Source of the DNA: Tortispora ganteri | Taxonomy: Eukaryota | Reading direction: 5' to 3' | Assembly (NCBI GenBank): GCA_003707115.1 | Contig: PPNB01000034.1 | Span: 1 to 62,789 of the forward strand | Length of the DNA: 62,789 bases | Shown here: piece by piece, positions 32,649 to 43,391 of the stretch | How positions within the stretch are numbered: position 1 is the first letter of the stretch | How the letters are laid out: each line of letters starts with the position of its first letter | Translations under genes and position numbers: made by a program | The notes under the pieces: generated by a model | The model's input: the letters and a program-made list of their open reading frames with translations, nothing else | Database searches by the model: none | What the model was told of the DNA's origin: nothing

Positions 32649-34076
32649 ATGAGTTTACTTGAAAATACATTCACTATGCTTCCGTTACACGACGATAACC
32701 TTTCACGTGAGTCATACGAAAACTACAATTCACAACACCTTCTTACTGCCGTATACGCACATCGTACATCGCTCTCGTACGACTCCGCCTACGCGGCCCT
32801 ACATAATGTTTATGGCATACAATCTAGTTCAAAATCACTGAATATCTCTGCACCTAACTGCTTTTTCGTTGACAAAAATTCCCCTTACACCACTTCGAGC
32901 CCCGACTTGCCGTACTTTAACGCATTTGCAATGCCAATATCTAATGTTTACCCGCTGCATATATCTGCACATATGTCCACAGCTATAACTCCGACTGCTT
33001 CCTACGCCTTGAACACGTCTTCGGCACATAGTTTCAAATTACTTACAGCACCACCAGGCCCGCAATACTGTCCGTACCCTCAAATATTCCTGGTACCTTC
33101 GGACAGTCCATATATTACGTCACAATTCTGCGAACCATGTGAACCACTACTGCGACTCGATGCTGCAGTACTTAAAAGCATTCCTGTGAATTCGGATTAT
33201 GTGTACAGCCATACGAATGTGCCGCGGTTGGTGCTAAACTCCGATCAGGACATCGTGTCGTTCTTCGAAGAGTTCACTGTGCATGTGACGAATTTGGCTT
33301 TCCGCACAAAATGGCAAGACCTTAAAGATCTAGTGAAAAAATATATTGATATCTCTCTGTGCAGCTACTGTTCGGTCACCTTTAGGAGTCCAGGTGACGG
33401 CAACAAGATCGGCGCAATACGGATCCACGGCTACAATGCCACTAAAACTCTTGCTTCTGCGCTCGACAGATTAAAATTTATGGGCCGCGAACTGCGAGCC
33501 GCTGTTAGCTATACTTTTCCAGTGGCATGTGATACTTCCTGGAAAGTTGTCGCCTTTGGTGCACAGCTTTTGCCGTCATTGTACTCTCCAGCGTATCCGT
33601 ACAACCCAAAAGATGCAATTTTAGTGCGAATGGCCCGCGAAAAGGCACAGACAGATGGACTTATGCCGCTATCATCACCTCACGTCCGGTTTGAATGCCA
33701 GAAGAACGGCGAAACCTGTGTTGTCGATCCTTGTCAGGTATTCATTGGCAACGTCTCTTATACAGTCGCGGAAGTATATCTCGAATACTTCTTTAATTAC
33801 ATGACTGGCATAGTCCCGGAGAAATTTACGATCATGAAAACTGCAAGTGGCGACAGTCGAGGTTTTGCCATTGCGCGCTACTACACCCCAGAGCATGCGC
33901 TCAGTGTAGTGATCAAAATGCATAACCTGGTACTTCAGTCGCGGAAGTTGGAGGTCCGCTATGATATCTATTCAGAAATAAACAAGCGATTAAGCGAGGC
34001 TTTACGGAAGACGACCGATATTACTAAAACAAAAGCTTGCGCTGCAAATGTTGCAAGCAACGATAGTACATTATGA
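32649..34076 (+). CDS. RNA-binding protein with two divergent RRM domains
   Basis: RRM1 VHVTNLAFRTKWQDLKDL...FMGRELRA; RRM2 VFIGNVSY...SRGFAIARY...LQSRKLEVRYD; low-complexity S/P/Y-rich N-terminus. Start codon uncertain. Confidence 0.7.
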   Translation: MSLLENTFTMLPLHDDNLSRESYENYNSQHLLTAVYAHRTSLSYDSAYAALHNVYGIQSSSKSLNISAPNCFFVDKNSPYTTSSPDLPYFNAFAMPISNVYPLHISAHMSTAITPTASYALNTSSAHSFKLLTAPPGPQYCPYPQIFLVPSDSPYITSQFCEPCEPLLRLDAAVLKSIPVNSDYVYSHTNVPRLVLNSDQDIVSFFEEFTVHVTNLAFRTKWQDLKDLVKKYIDISLCSYCSVTFRSPGDGNKIGAIRIHGYNATKTLASALDRLKFMGRELRAAVSYTFPVACDTSWKVVAFGAQLLPSLYSPAYPYNPKDAILVRMAREKAQTDGLMPLSSPHVRFECQKNGETCVVDPCQVFIGNVSYTVAEVYLEYFFNYMTGIVPEKFTIMKTASGDSRGFAIARYYTPEHALSVVIKMHNLVLQSRKLEVRYDIYSEINKRLSEALRKTTDITKTKACAANVASNDSTL

Positions 34077-34194
34077 CCGGAATGATTTGCTACTACAAAG
34101 GAATATCTTGGTAATTTATTGTCTGTCAAAAAATTATTCGGATATATTATTATATTAGTATTATTATTAGTATGGAATATACATGAAGCTAGGC

Positions 34195-35064
34195 TTAAAC
34201 GTGAGTAGCGGTTTCAGCAGAAAGACGTGCATCTGCGACTGGTTCTTTTTCAACGCTCTTCGCAGGTGAGTCCGTAGCAAGACCAAGTCGACTGTATGTG
34301 ACATGACGTGCTGCGTACAGAACGTATGTGTTCACACCAGCAAGTGCTAATATGTCGAGTACACCGTAGAAGACACCTTCAGATGTTGGCGAAATGACGT
34401 TACCACCTTCGGAAACACCCCAACAGATCGGGTAGAGCAGGAAAAGTACTAAGAACGATCCGATAGCAATATCAAAATGTTTTGCGATATCTGCACCAAG
34501 TTCTTTAGCGCTAGGTCGACAGACAAAGATCAGCTGGTATGTGAGCAGCAGACCAGAAGCGACACCGAATGTAAAGTAGCCCCACTTGTAAGAGCTAGAT
34601 ACAAGTGTGCCGATCAAAGCGCAGATGACTGTCATCCATGCGGTTGCAACTGAGAACATTGTTGTTACCCAATAAACACCAGCAAAGAAGTGTAATATTA
34701 TAAAGAAGAGCGAAGAGACAATGAACCAGCCAATATAGCGGGCATAGAATACCTGACGGTCGCCGGGCATGTAGTGACTGAATTCAACAGCAGTGTAAGT
34801 ATATCCAAGATTTGATGCAAGTGTGAAATAGGTGACGGCTGCAACCATTGCTGAGAAGATCGACAGGTAGTGCAGCGATCGTTCCTTACGAGGAACGTAC
34901 CATCCCCAGACAGTATATCCAACTGCCAGTGCACCAAATATGCAAAATACTGTCCAGTACCAATTGGATCCGTTTGTTGTCAAGTTGATCTGTGTAGGCA
35001 GACTAGGTGGATTGACTTCCAGGGCCTGGTTACCTCCTGATGCGCTCGAGACAACTACGGTCAT
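34195..35064 (-). CDS. Fungal opsin-related 7-TM protein (Hsp30/Yro2/Mrh1 family)
   Basis: GSNWYW, YFTLASNLG, FYARYIGW, SYKWGYF, LYPICWGVSEGGNVI and FYGVLD motifs; no retinal lysine in helix 7. Confidence 0.9.
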   Translation of the reverse strand: MTVVVSSASGGNQALEVNPPSLPTQINLTTNGSNWYWTVFCIFGALAVGYTVWGWYVPRKERSLHYLSIFSAMVAAVTYFTLASNLGYTYTAVEFSHYMPGDRQVFYARYIGWFIVSSLFFIILHFFAGVYWVTTMFSVATAWMTVICALIGTLVSSSYKWGYFTFGVASGLLLTYQLIFVCRPSAKELGADIAKHFDIAIGSFLVLFLLYPICWGVSEGGNVISPTSEGVFYGVLDILALAGVNTYVLYAARHVTYSRLGLATDSPAKSVEKEPVADARLSAETATHV

Positions 35065-36180
35065 AATAGCTTAAGTGATGATTGCTTTGATTTAAATGTC
35101 TTTGATTGATTGTAGTGAAACTATACAAATTATCTGAGATACAAACAAGTAAAGGCGCAATTTCATATCCTTATATAGACAAAAATAAATGGCCGTGATG
35201 CCGAAAAAGCAATCAAATATATTTCATGTCGAATTTTCTCGCAAATCTGTGCAAACCTTATTAGACTTAAATGAATTTTAAGGTTGGAAACGGAACCTGC
35301 AACTATTGTTCGTGGTATGGTGTAATCAAAGACATGAAGCAGTACAAGACACTAAAAATTATATCATATATAAATATAGATAATACTATTAAATATTCTT
35401 GCATTGAGAGTGCTGCTATATCATGTTAAATGATCATTTTATGGTATCTGTAAGCGTATTAGTGAATAATCTCGTGAAGATAATTAAACTTCAGTAAATT
35501 ACTTAAACGAACATCACCCGGTACTTTCGGAATATTACTATTCCGTTTAATTCTGGTATTCACTGCATATTCACGAAACTTGCATAAAAATTTTTGCACT
35601 GAAACTATCGAATATATTTAATATAATTGAACCAATTTCCATATGCTAGCGTACAATGTAAAAGTAGTATAAAACTGATGTTACTAGATGGCCATCGACG
35701 TCAAGCAAGTCACTCTCAAACCTTATTTCTCCAGATTATCGAAATGCCGATGCATCCGCCAAATCGCTGACGTAAATGAATGCCACGGCTTTTTTCATTA
35801 CAAAGAATATTAAAATTCGGATATGTTCGCTAAAATGCGGTGTTTAACTGCTTCTTTATCGGGAAATGGTGCCGGTCTACATGAACAGTAGCGACCTGCG
35901 GAACCGCCAAGGTACACTTAACTCCCTTGTGTGTAAGCTGCACCATAAATACTCTACTTCTACTCTACTTCTACTATTCCTATACTTCTATACAATACTA
36001 GTCACAGTTAACCAGCTGTTTAATTGACCATTATGGATTATACTGAATCATAGATAACCATTATTAAAAGAAAATGGTACGGTTGCTATCCGCGGGGACG
36101 CCCCCTCTCCTCACCCCACGAATTCTACTTGACTGAAGCCATAGTGATAAAATTTCTCCACTTTTCACATACAACAAACA

Positions 36181-37260
36181 ATGGTATATCCTGACACTTT
36201 TGAAGGATTTTTTGTCGAATCCCCTGAAACTTGGACTAAACCCAAACGCCGCGAGTTCACCCCCAAGAAATTCGGCGACAGCGACATAGATATCGAAATC
36301 GAAGTCTGCGGTATCTGCGGTTCAGATGTCCATACTGTCTCTGGCGGATGGGGTAAGGGCACCTATCCTATATGTGTTGGCCACGAAATCGTCGGAAGGG
36401 CATTGCGCGTTGGTCCCGCCGTCAAATCGATAAAGGTCGGTGACCGCGTCGGCGTGGGTGCACAAATTCTCTCCTGCCTTGAATGCGATGACTGCAAGAA
36501 CGACAACGAGCAGTACTGCGCCAATTGGATCAACACCTATGGTGGTGTTTATGAGGATGGAACTATTGCTCAGGGTGGTTATTCTTCGCATATTCGCGCC
36601 CACGAACTCTACGTGTTCCCTATCCCTGAACAGATTGAATCCAAGCACGCATGTGTCATGCTGTGCGCCGGTATTACCACCTATAGCCCCCTAGTCCGCA
36701 ACGGCTGCGGTCCAGGCATTAAAGTCGGTGTCGTTGGTATCGGCGGTCTCGGTCACTTCGCTATCCTCTGGGCGAAGGCATTGGGTGCTGAAGTCACTGT
36801 CTTCTCGCGCAGCGACAAAAAGAAAGAGGATGCCTTCAAGCTCGGTGCCGACCATTTTGTCGCCACTGAGAAACCTGACTGGGCTACCGCCAATGCCCGC
36901 TCACTTAGTCTCATTATCAACACTGCCAACTCATCTACTGGGTTCAACCTTGACGACTATATCAAGACCTTGAAGGTTGGTGGCCGTTTCATTTCCGTCG
37001 GTTTGCCCGAAGGTGGTGGTTTCTCTTTATCTGCCAAGAACTTTATTAAGAATTCCGCCCTTTTCGGCTCCTCACATATTGGTTCCAAGAAGGAAATCCT
37101 CGAAATGCTCGATTTGGCTGTCAAGAAAAATGTCACTCCCTGGGTCGAATGCATCCCTGTTTCTGAATCTGGCTGCGGTGAAGGTCTTGAGCGCTGCCAC
37201 AACAACCAATGTCGCTACAGAATCGTGCTTACTGACTACGACAAGGCTTTTGCCAAATAA
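36181..37260 (+). CDS. NADPH-dependent zinc alcohol dehydrogenase (CAD/Adh6-Adh7 family)
   Basis: CGICGSD, GHEIVG, structural zinc site CLECDDC..C, LCAGITTYSPL and GIGGLGH motifs. Confidence 0.92.
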   Translation: MVYPDTFEGFFVESPETWTKPKRREFTPKKFGDSDIDIEIEVCGICGSDVHTVSGGWGKGTYPICVGHEIVGRALRVGPAVKSIKVGDRVGVGAQILSCLECDDCKNDNEQYCANWINTYGGVYEDGTIAQGGYSSHIRAHELYVFPIPEQIESKHACVMLCAGITTYSPLVRNGCGPGIKVGVVGIGGLGHFAILWAKALGAEVTVFSRSDKKKEDAFKLGADHFVATEKPDWATANARSLSLIINTANSSTGFNLDDYIKTLKVGGRFISVGLPEGGGFSLSAKNFIKNSALFGSSHIGSKKEILEMLDLAVKKNVTPWVECIPVSESGCGEGLERCHNNQCRYRIVLTDYDKAFAK

Positions 37261-37358
37261 TATAGGCTGTTGTGCAGAGATGATTATTATGGAATTATTT
37301 CGTTCTCCATTAAACTGTATGTAGACAGGGCGACCTAATGTATTGCGTTATTAACAAT

Positions 37359-38249
37359 TTAGACATCCTGGTTGAACTCTTTAAACCATTCGTGTGCAAG
37401 CGCAGCCCGTGCAGATATCCTCTGGTCGGGACGCAGCTGCAAAATCATGCTGAGAAGATAGAGACAAACCAGATCGATGTTCGGGAAAACAGTTCGCAGG
37501 TCCTGCGCTTGGTAATGCGGGAAGTTCGTGTGCCAATTAGGCAGATCAACCACTTGAGGCCAGGTCCGCTCGTCAGGCGTTCCCAACAGCTTAAAAATCA
37601 GCTGTAGTTGGTCTTCGTTGTTCGCTCCGGGAAATAGTGGTTTACCCGTAAACATTTCAGCCATAATGCAACCTGCAGACCACATGTCGATCGATGTCGA
37701 ATAAGTTCTGGAACCCAACAGAACGTCAGGTGCTCTATACCAAAGCGTGACAACTTCATTAGAGAAAGTATTCACAGGTATACCAAACGCCCTGGCAAGA
37801 CCGAAATCGGCCAACTTCAAGCGACCCTTTGAGTCTATCAGCAGGTTCTGCGGTTTCAGGTCGCGATGGAGCACGCGGTTGTCGTGACAAAACTTGATCC
37901 CACGCAACAATTGAAACATAAAACTTTTAGTAGTATTATAGTCGAGTGCACCGTTGTTGCCGTTAGCATCCATGTACTTTTTCAGATCGCGATCCATATG
38001 CTCAAAGACGAGATTGAGTTTGTTGTCGGTATGGATGACGTCGTAGAGCGCGACAATGTTCTCGTGTTTGAGCTCTTTCATGAGTGATATCTCACGAATA
38101 GCAGTTGAAGGAGTTCCCTCTTCGGCATCCAGGTTTATTTCCTTCAAGGCGACCAGTTCGCCGGTTGCCCTGTTGCGGCCCTTATAAACTGTGGCATAGG
38201 TTCCCTCGCCGAGTTTTTCTAATTGTTGAAATTGCGTGGTTGATCCCAT
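37359..38249 (-). CDS. PHO85: Cyclin-dependent kinase Pho85
   Basis: [58 protein letters not shown] at 38249. Confidence 0.96.
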   Translation of the reverse strand: MGSTTQFQQLEKLGEGTYATVYKGRNRATGELVALKEINLDAEEGTPSTAIREISLMKELKHENIVALYDVIHTDNKLNLVFEHMDRDLKKYMDANGNNGALDYNTTKSFMFQLLRGIKFCHDNRVLHRDLKPQNLLIDSKGRLKLADFGLARAFGIPVNTFSNEVVTLWYRAPDVLLGSRTYSTSIDMWSAGCIMAEMFTGKPLFPGANNEDQLQLIFKLLGTPDERTWPQVVDLPNWHTNFPHYQAQDLRTVFPNIDLVCLYLLSMILQLRPDQRISARAALAHEWFKEFNQDV

Positions 38250-38644
38250 AATAACTAAAGGCTTTGGCGGTAGAGGATTCTCACCTCGTAGGAGAGTCGA
38301 TACTTGGTACACCTGATCCAGGGCTGAATCAAGATGTGGGTTACGGATGTTGTTTTTAGTCTTTTGTCCAGCGAACTTGTACTGAACCGCCTCCTTTTCT
38401 AGCAGTCAAAGAAAGCAAAAAGAAGAAGTTATAATTCTTCTAAAATGTTCTAAAGTACGATTGTACCGGCAAAAGTGACCTCTTTGAAATACTTTTAGTT
38501 TGTTATTACAGTAATTTCTGCAAAGACAAAGCTAAAACAGAGTGGATAGTACATAAAGCCGCAGGGTGGGGGTGGTGTTTTAGATTAGAGCCTTCTTTCC
38601 CCTACCACCAGTTTCCTTAACTGTGATCTCTCTTAATTGAACCT

Positions 38645-39889
38645 TTAAATAGGTAAATCATGCCCTAAAATATCGTCTAATTTATTCGACTTCAATGTTC
38701 TAGACACTTTGTAACGGAAATACTCAGACATGCTCCCATAAAGTGCAGATTGAAGCTTCTTCACATTGTCTGCGGCTACTTGCCTGCGAAACTCCACCAG
38801 GCAAGTCCGTCTAGCTGTCAGTTCGTCTCTGCGGCTACACAACTCGGCAAACGCGTCAGCAACTGATTCTGACGCAACATTCCAGGTACATTCAATTGGC
38901 AAAAACTTGTATGTCTCTAACAACCTGGGCGTTGCGATCAGAGGCACAGCTACTATCAGACTGGTAGCGATGGTCGATGATACTTTTGTCGAGTAGTACG
39001 CTTCTGTATTAAATGCCGGTAGCAGCGCCATTGACTCACCAAGAAATTGATAATAGTCCATATATGACGAATCAATACTCCACTCAATCTTCTCACTTGT
39101 TCGCGGCTGTGTTTCTAATTCGACCCCGCTGCCTGCGATCCGAAGCTTAATATCCGACGTACCGCTGACTGCATCGAATACTTCCTCATAATTCCGTTTC
39201 CGTTCATCTATTAATCCTTGCATAGCCACAATTGTATATTCAGTCTCCTCAGTATTGCTTGCATAAGGAACTGGGAATACTGGCACGATATAGTCTACAG
39301 GCACCTTTTTGAACCGCGCTTCCCAGGTCGATATGCTGATCCTGAGCAACGTGTGTTTGACATGCTCACCGAGCGTGAAGATTCTGACCCGTTTCGCCTC
39401 AAGCCACGGCTTTAAATACCGGTACAGTTGTCTATCCTTTGACCAGACATCAGCGTAATGTACGATACAGATCAATTTGGCCCCGTTGTTTAAGGCTCTT
39501 TGAAACAACTCCGGTTCTTGCAACAAATCGACATCGCATGTCACAGCAACGACTGTCTGGTGGTCTCGCCTGAAGAACCGGCCAATAGATGCCACCCTAT
39601 GGATTTTATGGCTGTCAAAAGAGTGCAATATATCTTCCATCTGGTACCTGGACTTCTCGTAGTACTGGTACACTTCTACATCAGTCAACCGCGACAGTGC
39701 GTACACAATTGATGCGGCTACTTCATCGTGAGACCGCCCAGTTTCCACAACAGCTACATTGTATGAATTATACCTATTAACCACGAATAAAACAAAACAC
39801 ACATATATAGCACCTATACCGACGCCCTGAATAAGTCTGTTCACGGCCTTCATTGTTATATGGAAAGTTGACTTGATCGATATCGACAT
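38645..39889 (-). CDS. Uncharacterised type II membrane protein, possible GT-B glycosyltransferase
   Basis: Single N-terminal TM. C-terminal VAMQG...RKRNYE, LRIAGSG, YMDYY...ALLPAF...K.SS.I..SL...VPLIA resembles a GT-B nucleotide-sugar-binding domain. Confidence 0.5.
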   Translation of the reverse strand: MSISIKSTFHITMKAVNRLIQGVGIGAIYVCFVLFVVNRYNSYNVAVVETGRSHDEVAASIVYALSRLTDVEVYQYYEKSRYQMEDILHSFDSHKIHRVASIGRFFRRDHQTVVAVTCDVDLLQEPELFQRALNNGAKLICIVHYADVWSKDRQLYRYLKPWLEAKRVRIFTLGEHVKHTLLRISISTWEARFKKVPVDYIVPVFPVPYASNTEETEYTIVAMQGLIDERKRNYEEVFDAVSGTSDIKLRIAGSGVELETQPRTSEKIEWSIDSSYMDYYQFLGESMALLPAFNTEAYYSTKVSSTIATSLIVAVPLIATPRLLETYKFLPIECTWNVASESVADAFAELCSRRDELTARRTCLVEFRRQVAADNVKKLQSALYGSMSEYFRYKVSRTLKSNKLDDILGHDLPI

Positions 39890-40155
39890 AAGTCAATTTA
39901 GATAAGGTTAATGTCGCAAACTTTAAACAGAACTGCAGCAACAATATTAATACATTATGTATATTATACTCTATAGATGAACATGCAGAGTGTTAGCAGG
40001 TGTAGGATATGTTCGTACAGTAGACATAGTCCGCGTACGAACAGGTGGTGTAGCCCTATATGCCATGCAAAAAAAAAAAAAATGAAGAGGTCAGGACGGC
40101 AACTTGATTAGCATGCAGCTCGCATCTCGTTTGGAATATCCGCACAGCAGGTATT

Positions 40156-40932
40156 TTATACTGATTTCCAAGTTTTGCGCTGAATAGAGACACCCTCCAC
40201 TGCAGCTTCATCCACAAACCAAGATACTTTAGATCCGCCGCCGGTAGTCACAAGAGAAGCGGGCAATGTACTCTCTGAGTCTTCCAAAGCCGATTTAAGG
40301 ATAACGGCTTTAGACGATCCAGTTGCAACGAATGCAATTCGCGCCCCATGAGTGAGCACAGGAAGTGTCAGCGTAATGCGGCGTGGAGGTGGTTTCGGCG
40401 AGTCTTCGACCGGCGTGACCCATGCAATGCTCTCTCTTAGTGCTTCGTGACCAGGGAATAACGATGCGGTATGGCCGTCGGGACCACAGCCCAGCAGCAG
40501 CAAGTCAAATTGTGGATGCTTGACGGAATCTTTGGCAGCAAAAGTCTTCACTAAATTTTTTTCATAACTATCGGCGACTTCCTGTGCATCATCCAACAAC
40601 GATTCGTCAATGTGGAATACTTTCAGCTCCTTCTTATCGCGAGGGATGTGGTCAAGCAGATACTTTTTAACTTGAAAATAGTTACTTTCTGGATCAGTTA
40701 AAGGAACCAGTCTTTCGTCAACGAAAAACAAATCCCAGACGTTGAAATTTATGTTTTTGTTTTTCAGTAGCCCTTTTGCCACTACTTCTACTAGTGAACC
40801 ACCAGATATACCAATTCTGAACCTACCGTGGTGCTCAACTGATGCTTTTTGCGCACTCGCAATGTACTGCGACAACGCCGTCGACATGTCTTCATGTCCA
40901 ATAGGAAAAACATACACTGTAGGAATAGACAT
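40156..40932 (-). CDS. SOL1: 6-phosphogluconolactonase family protein (Sol1/Sol2-like)
   Basis: ISGGSL, FVDERLVP, FAAKDSVK, LLGCGPDGHTASLFP and SPKPPPRRITLT motifs. Confidence 0.85.
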   Translation of the reverse strand: MSIPTVYVFPIGHEDMSTALSQYIASAQKASVEHHGRFRIGISGGSLVEVVAKGLLKNKNINFNVWDLFFVDERLVPLTDPESNYFQVKKYLLDHIPRDKKELKVFHIDESLLDDAQEVADSYEKNLVKTFAAKDSVKHPQFDLLLLGCGPDGHTASLFPGHEALRESIAWVTPVEDSPKPPPRRITLTLPVLTHGARIAFVATGSSKAVILKSALEDSESTLPASLVTTGGGSKVSWFVDEAAVEGVSIQRKTWKSV

Positions 40933-41404
40933 TTCTTTCTTGATTCTTGAACTTCTTCACTTCTTTCTCGTTTCAATTGCTAGTCTTCTTTGCTTGCAAG
41001 TCTGTACTTGTCAGTTTAGCCGCTCGCTAAGTAACTTCAATGACGCTATTTAACTTAGATATAGAAGATTACAAATAAAGCCCTAATTCGTTCTCAATTT
41101 GCTTCTAAAATGTTCGTCAATGCTGTCGGTATCTCTCGCTCGTATACTCACAAGTATTAGGTTGTCGTGGTATAGTCTTTACTTATAGAAATATATATAT
41201 ATACCTTCGTATATGTTATATCAGTAATGCTCCTATCTATCATCCCTTTTTTCTCCCGTTTTCCGTGGTCGTTACCCTAACCCTATAGGATAGTTGCCCG
41301 CAACCAATACTCTGCGATCTTGATAGCGTCCGGATAGCTCGAGGTACGACTTGAACCTATTTCGTCATATAACTTGAGGCGTTATTGCATTCGATCGACA
41401 CACA

Positions 41405-42064
41405 ATGATGTCAAGATCTACCGCGCTGCTGTTTGTGCACACATCATCCGCTGCGGCCTTCATTATGGCATTTTACTGGATGTTCACTCATCCCAGTCCT
41501 GTCAGCGTAGCCTACGGCGGAATACTCCAATTCCTCACCAATATCACTCTCATCGTTACGCTCGTTACATGCTGTATTGGTATAGTCGCGGATATCACGA
41601 AGTCGCCACTAATCACTTCGCTTAAAGACAAACTCGCTTCCTCCATTTTCTCGATAGAAGTCGTCGTAGCGTGTGTGTATTGGCCATTGAAGTTCTATGA
41701 CCAGTCGCTTATAGTTAATAGCGTCGTCAGAATGATCCCGATTCCGCTCGATCTCACAATCCACGCGCTGCCTGTTCTCGCACTGCTCATCGACATCGCT
41801 CTGTCGCAGTCTCCCAGCCCAATCTCCTCTACCGACGCTCTAATATTTTACGTCGTTTACGGGCTCGCATATTGGATCTGGATCCACCATACGCGTTCAG
41901 TGAATAATTTCTTTCCGTATCCTTTTCTCAACAAACTTAGTCACTTCCAGCGCACGCTCATGCTCGTTTCCTGCGTCTTGCTCGCGTTCGTCTCCCATCT
42001 CCTCGTTTCGGCGTTCAGAAGGAAATTGTTGCGAGCACCAGCTCCGAAAAGTAAGGCGGCATAG
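41405..42064 (+). CDS. FAR-17a/AIG1-like integral membrane protein
   Basis: YGG.LQFLTN, E..V...YWPL, DL.IH.LP, YW.WI and N.FFPYPFL motifs. Confidence 0.85.
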   Translation: MMSRSTALLFVHTSSAAAFIMAFYWMFTHPSPVSVAYGGILQFLTNITLIVTLVTCCIGIVADITKSPLITSLKDKLASSIFSIEVVVACVYWPLKFYDQSLIVNSVVRMIPIPLDLTIHALPVLALLIDIALSQSPSPISSTDALIFYVVYGLAYWIWIHHTRSVNNFFPYPFLNKLSHFQRTLMLVSCVLLAFVSHLLVSAFRRKLLRAPAPKSKAA

Positions 42065-42078
42065 CAGCGCCAAAATGC

Positions 42079-42528
42079 TTAACTCTCATCATGGCGTCTG
42101 ATATACAATCCCTTCTTAGCTTTATATACGCGATCTTCATTAGAAATTCTGCACACGTCTCTGTGCGTACCTAAACACCCCAGCTCGTCCGGCTGATCTG
42201 TAGATTCAACTCTAACGTATCGACCTGCATTATGCAGCTTCCCGTCCATGAACAGTCGCTCGTACTCAATCACAATCTTTTCGAAGCTCGTCTGTACAGG
42301 GTAACTTGGTTTTGTTCTTTCACGATCAACCAGGTCGATGTCCTCTTCAGCCCAAGCCTTCGACGGTTTCAACGAACTTAAGTGGCCATTGTCAATGATA
42401 ATTTTACCACTCAAAACATCGATCACGTCACTTACGTCTTCAAAATTTTGACTGTATCGTCTTTCTATATCCTCCCATTTCTTTTTCAATCGGTTTAGGG
42501 ACTCAACCGACGCATCTGCATCGGACAT
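42079..42528 (-). CDS. SCM3: Scm3/HJURP-domain centromeric histone (CENP-A) chaperone
   Basis: RLKKKWEDIERRYSQNFEDVSDVIDVLSGKIIIDNGHLSSL matches the Scm3 motif. First ATG at 42528 (149 aa). MCB ACGCGT at 42640-42645. Confidence 0.8.
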   Translation of the reverse strand: MSDADASVESLNRLKKKWEDIERRYSQNFEDVSDVIDVLSGKIIIDNGHLSSLKPSKAWAEEDIDLVDRERTKPSYPVQTSFEKIVIEYERLFMDGKLHNAGRYVRVESTDQPDELGCLGTHRDVCRISNEDRVYKAKKGLYIRRHDES

Positions 42529-42770
42529 TTTGTCTGAAATCAAACCCTCCAATTAAGGATTCTATTAGTTTTCAATGAATTAGGCCGTTATACATGGCTC
42601 GGCAAAGCACACTATCTCTGACTGAGTCGCTATATCTTTACGCGTGGATTCGTACAAATTTCACGTAAGGTAAAAGAATGTGAGTACATGCCATTATACA
42701 GCACAAATTTAATCACTGGTATGCTGATCTTGGACTTAAAATTTACAGTAGATGAAAATTTACTATTAAA

Positions 42771-42862
42771 GGCGAGTTGGCCGAGTGGTTTAAGGCGGCA
42801 GACTTAAGCTTTAAAGCAATCTGCTGGATGTTTCCGCGCGAGTTCGAACCTCGCACTCGTCA
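42771..42862 (+). tRNA. tRNA-Leu(UAA) with a 10-nt intron (42809-42818)
   Basis: Acceptor stem GGCGAGT/ACTCGTC plus discriminator A; A box TGGCCGAGTGG; anticodon stem GCAGA/TCTGC with CT-TAA-G; variable arm GGA-TGTT-TCC; T loop GTTCGAAC. Confidence 0.95.
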
Positions 42863-42868
42863 ATATTA

Positions 42869-42878
42869 TTTTTTTTTT
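42869..42878 (+). terminator. RNA polymerase III poly(T) terminator
   Basis: Run of 10 T starting 7 nt after the tRNA 3' end. Confidence 0.8.
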
Positions 42879-43391
42879 ACTAGTTATTACCCGCAGTGTA
42901 GTTCAGTTTAATTTTTTTATCTCTATTTTTATCTAGTATTTTAGATTATGTGGATCCCTTGAACCGACGTCGGAATTCTGGAACCTTAGTTCCAGATAAT
43001 CTACCGATCGCTCTTTTTAAAGGGATAACAATTGTTCCGGTAACATATAAAGCCGTTAGACGAACGCACATGCAAGAGGTAAAAACTGTCTTTTAAAAGC
43101 AATAAACATGTTGCAGCGCGAAGCGTGTCCTGTAGCAATATATCGTAGATTCAAATGTATGATCATAGCCTCGTTGATTTTACCTCGGATAATTGATACT
43201 AGAACTTTATTTTTGACCAATAGAAAGCGTTTAAGAGGGTCACCCCGCACAGTTTTGAAGTCTAATGAAGGAGGAGTGCATTCTTGGGTTAATAAGTATA
43301 AAGACTTTAGCAGCTGAACCGAACTTTTCTAGAGTCTTTATACTAAGATAGATTAAAAATCACCGAGATTTTAACAATATCGACTGACATT

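Noticed and set aside
35075..35137. GTGATGA...CTGA pair resembling a C/D snoRNA
   Set aside because: No terminal stem, no recognisable guide, no host intron, and it is antisense to the 5' UTR of the opsin-like gene.
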